Both the position numbers and the translations under genes were made by a program. Shown piece after piece: positions 63,139-64,000 of a DNA stretch of 64,000 bases; within the stretch, counting starts at the first letter, position 1; every line of letters begins with the position of its first letter. The notes beneath the pieces are model-generated. The model had not been told where the DNA came from. It made no database searches and saw only the letters and a program-made list of their open reading frames with translations. The stretch is from Candidatus Deferrimicrobium sp. (lineage in GTDB: Bacteria; Desulfobacterota; Deferrimicrobia; Deferrimicrobiales; Deferrimicrobiaceae), in contig NZ_DASWKA010000043.1 of assembly GCF_036396855.1 (NCBI RefSeq), forward strand, positions 2,762 through 66,761, written 5' to 3'.

Positions 63139-63168
63139 GCCCGGGGGATCCCCTCCCCCGGGCTTTTT
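63139..63168 (+). terminator. rho-independent terminator
   Basis: A perfect 10-bp stem, GCCCGGGGGA (63139..63148) / TCCCCCGGGC (63154..63163), with a 5-nt loop, followed by TTTTT (63164..63168). Confidence 0.85.
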
Positions 63169-63210
63169 CTTCCCCGGTCTTTGGTTCCCGGGGAGGTATA
63201 ATTTCCGTCA

Positions 63211-64000
63211 TGGACAACAGTGGGCACGACAGGTCGGGATCCCCGCTGCGAAACTCCCTCTGGAACCTCCTGTTCCGGGTGCTGTCCACGACCGATTTCG
63301 CCCGGATCGCATGGACAACCGTCCTGCGGGGCGCGTGCCTCTCCTTCTTCAAGGAGCCGATCGACGAACTTCCCCTGACCGACAACGACGCCTCGCGCAT
63401 TGGCCTGAAGGAACGGTTCTTCGCTCTCCCGGATCACCGCGTCTACGATTTGTTCGAATTTTTTCTTGTGGACGACAACTCCGGCCTGAAGGAGATGGAC
63501 CGGAAACTGATCCGCAGGGGATTGAACGACCTGCTCGAGCGGGAAGGGACGTCCGTGCGCCTGTACCACGACCGGTTTCGCCCCTTTCAGGATCTCCTCG
63601 GTTTCGACGAGGTGGCGCAGGCCGGGGAGACGGTACGGCTGTTCGACATGGCCGCGGCGCAACGCCACATGGAGACCGCCGTGGCGTACCTTTCACGGCG
63701 TCCCGAACCTTCGTTCCGGGGTGCGATCCGCGAGGCGGTCCTCGCGGTGACGGCCGTGGCCAGGGAAGTGGCCGCCCGGGAGGTCGGTAAGGAGCGGGGA
63801 GATGCGCCACTGATCGTGGGGTCGGTGGCCCACGCGGCGGCGGCGGCCGGGATGCACGCGGAACTTCTGGGAGGGATCGATGTCCTCCTGCGGCGGGCGC
63901 ACGCGTTGAGCGGATTGCCGATCGAAGGGGCGGAGGCACCTCCCGGCGAGGGGCCGGTCGATTCGCGTGAAGCCCATTTCCTGGTCGTCTTCGCCTCCTC
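63211..64000 (+). CDS. partial CDS (3' end outside window); possibly AbiJ-NTD4/HEPN-like
   Basis: The frame is open from ATG 63211 to the window end (263 codons, G/C-ending codon bias). It is absent from the ORF track because no stop is reached. LRNSLWNLLF and YDLFEFFLV resemble AbiJ N-terminal domain 4. The assignment is tentative. Confidence 0.6.

Noticed and set aside
1-64000. CRISPR arrays, tRNA/rRNA genes, prophage or integron features.
   Set aside because: No regularly spaced repeats, no cloverleaf-like or rRNA-like conserved stretches, and no phage or integrase motifs were seen. The intergenic space is too small to hide them, the largest gap being ~218 bp.

Overview
High-GC bacterial window, Gram-negative by gene content and probably anaerobic (six radical SAM genes, no O2-dependent oxygenase seen). 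I found no rRNA, tRNA, CRISPR array, transposase or integrase.

Three neighbourhoods:
(1) 1-8.3 kb is a peptidoglycan-turnover locus. It holds a secreted Slt-type lytic transglycosylase, a TPR protein, NagZ, and two peptide-ABC permeases with a family-5 binding protein. No ATPase genes are present. A ~215-bp imperfect direct repeat brackets the TPR gene.
(2) 8.3-52.6 kb is one very large specialised-lipid/polyketide super-cluster of about 45 genes, and is the main point of interest.
- Condensing enzymes: a type III PKS, a KASIII, four KAS I/II enzymes and two Cys-less KS-like (CLF-like) proteins.
- FAS/PKS accessories: four discrete ACPs, FabG, two hotdog dehydratases, a hotdog thioesterase and a CrtI-like flavoenzyme.
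- Radical SAM: five B12-binding radical SAM enzymes, three of them in tandem, plus a non-B12 radical SAM that resembles tetraether-lipid-synthase-type enzymes.
- Tailoring: a U32-family protein, at least five methyltransferase domains, two NodB deacetylases, an ATP-grasp ligase and two GT2 glycosyltransferases.
- Acyl transfer: two LpxL-type acyltransferases, one PlsC-type acyltransferase and a BtrH-like transferase.
- Envelope export: an MMPL/RND pump, an ABC-2 pump, a LolA-like protein, a MipA/OmpV porin-like protein, a YceI-like protein and a lipoprotein.
- Twenty-nine of these genes form a single minus-strand string (46082 to 18940) with many 4-nt start/stop overlaps.
- The layout combines features of aryl-polyene-type and ladderane-type lipid clusters with an alkylresorcinol-type module. 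I do not recognise the combination as a described pathway, and the product cannot be deduced from sequence alone.
(3) 52.7-64 kb is housekeeping and stress genes: a ccsA/hemX-like gene with hemA-hemC-hemD-hemB, a small protein, an RDD protein, and polA of the Taq type with degenerate proofreading motifs. It also holds an ECF sigma/anti-sigma pair, a secreted protein, a WXXGXW-repeat protein and a truncated possible AbiJ-like gene at the right edge.

Smaller oddities:
- an in-frame ICMT-methyltransferase::binding-protein fusion ORF
- a short A/T-codon patch inside polA
- a GGTGAATA...CGTC motif found upstream of both the ECF sigma gene and the WXXGXW gene

All family calls come from motifs read by eye and need HMM or BLAST confirmation.
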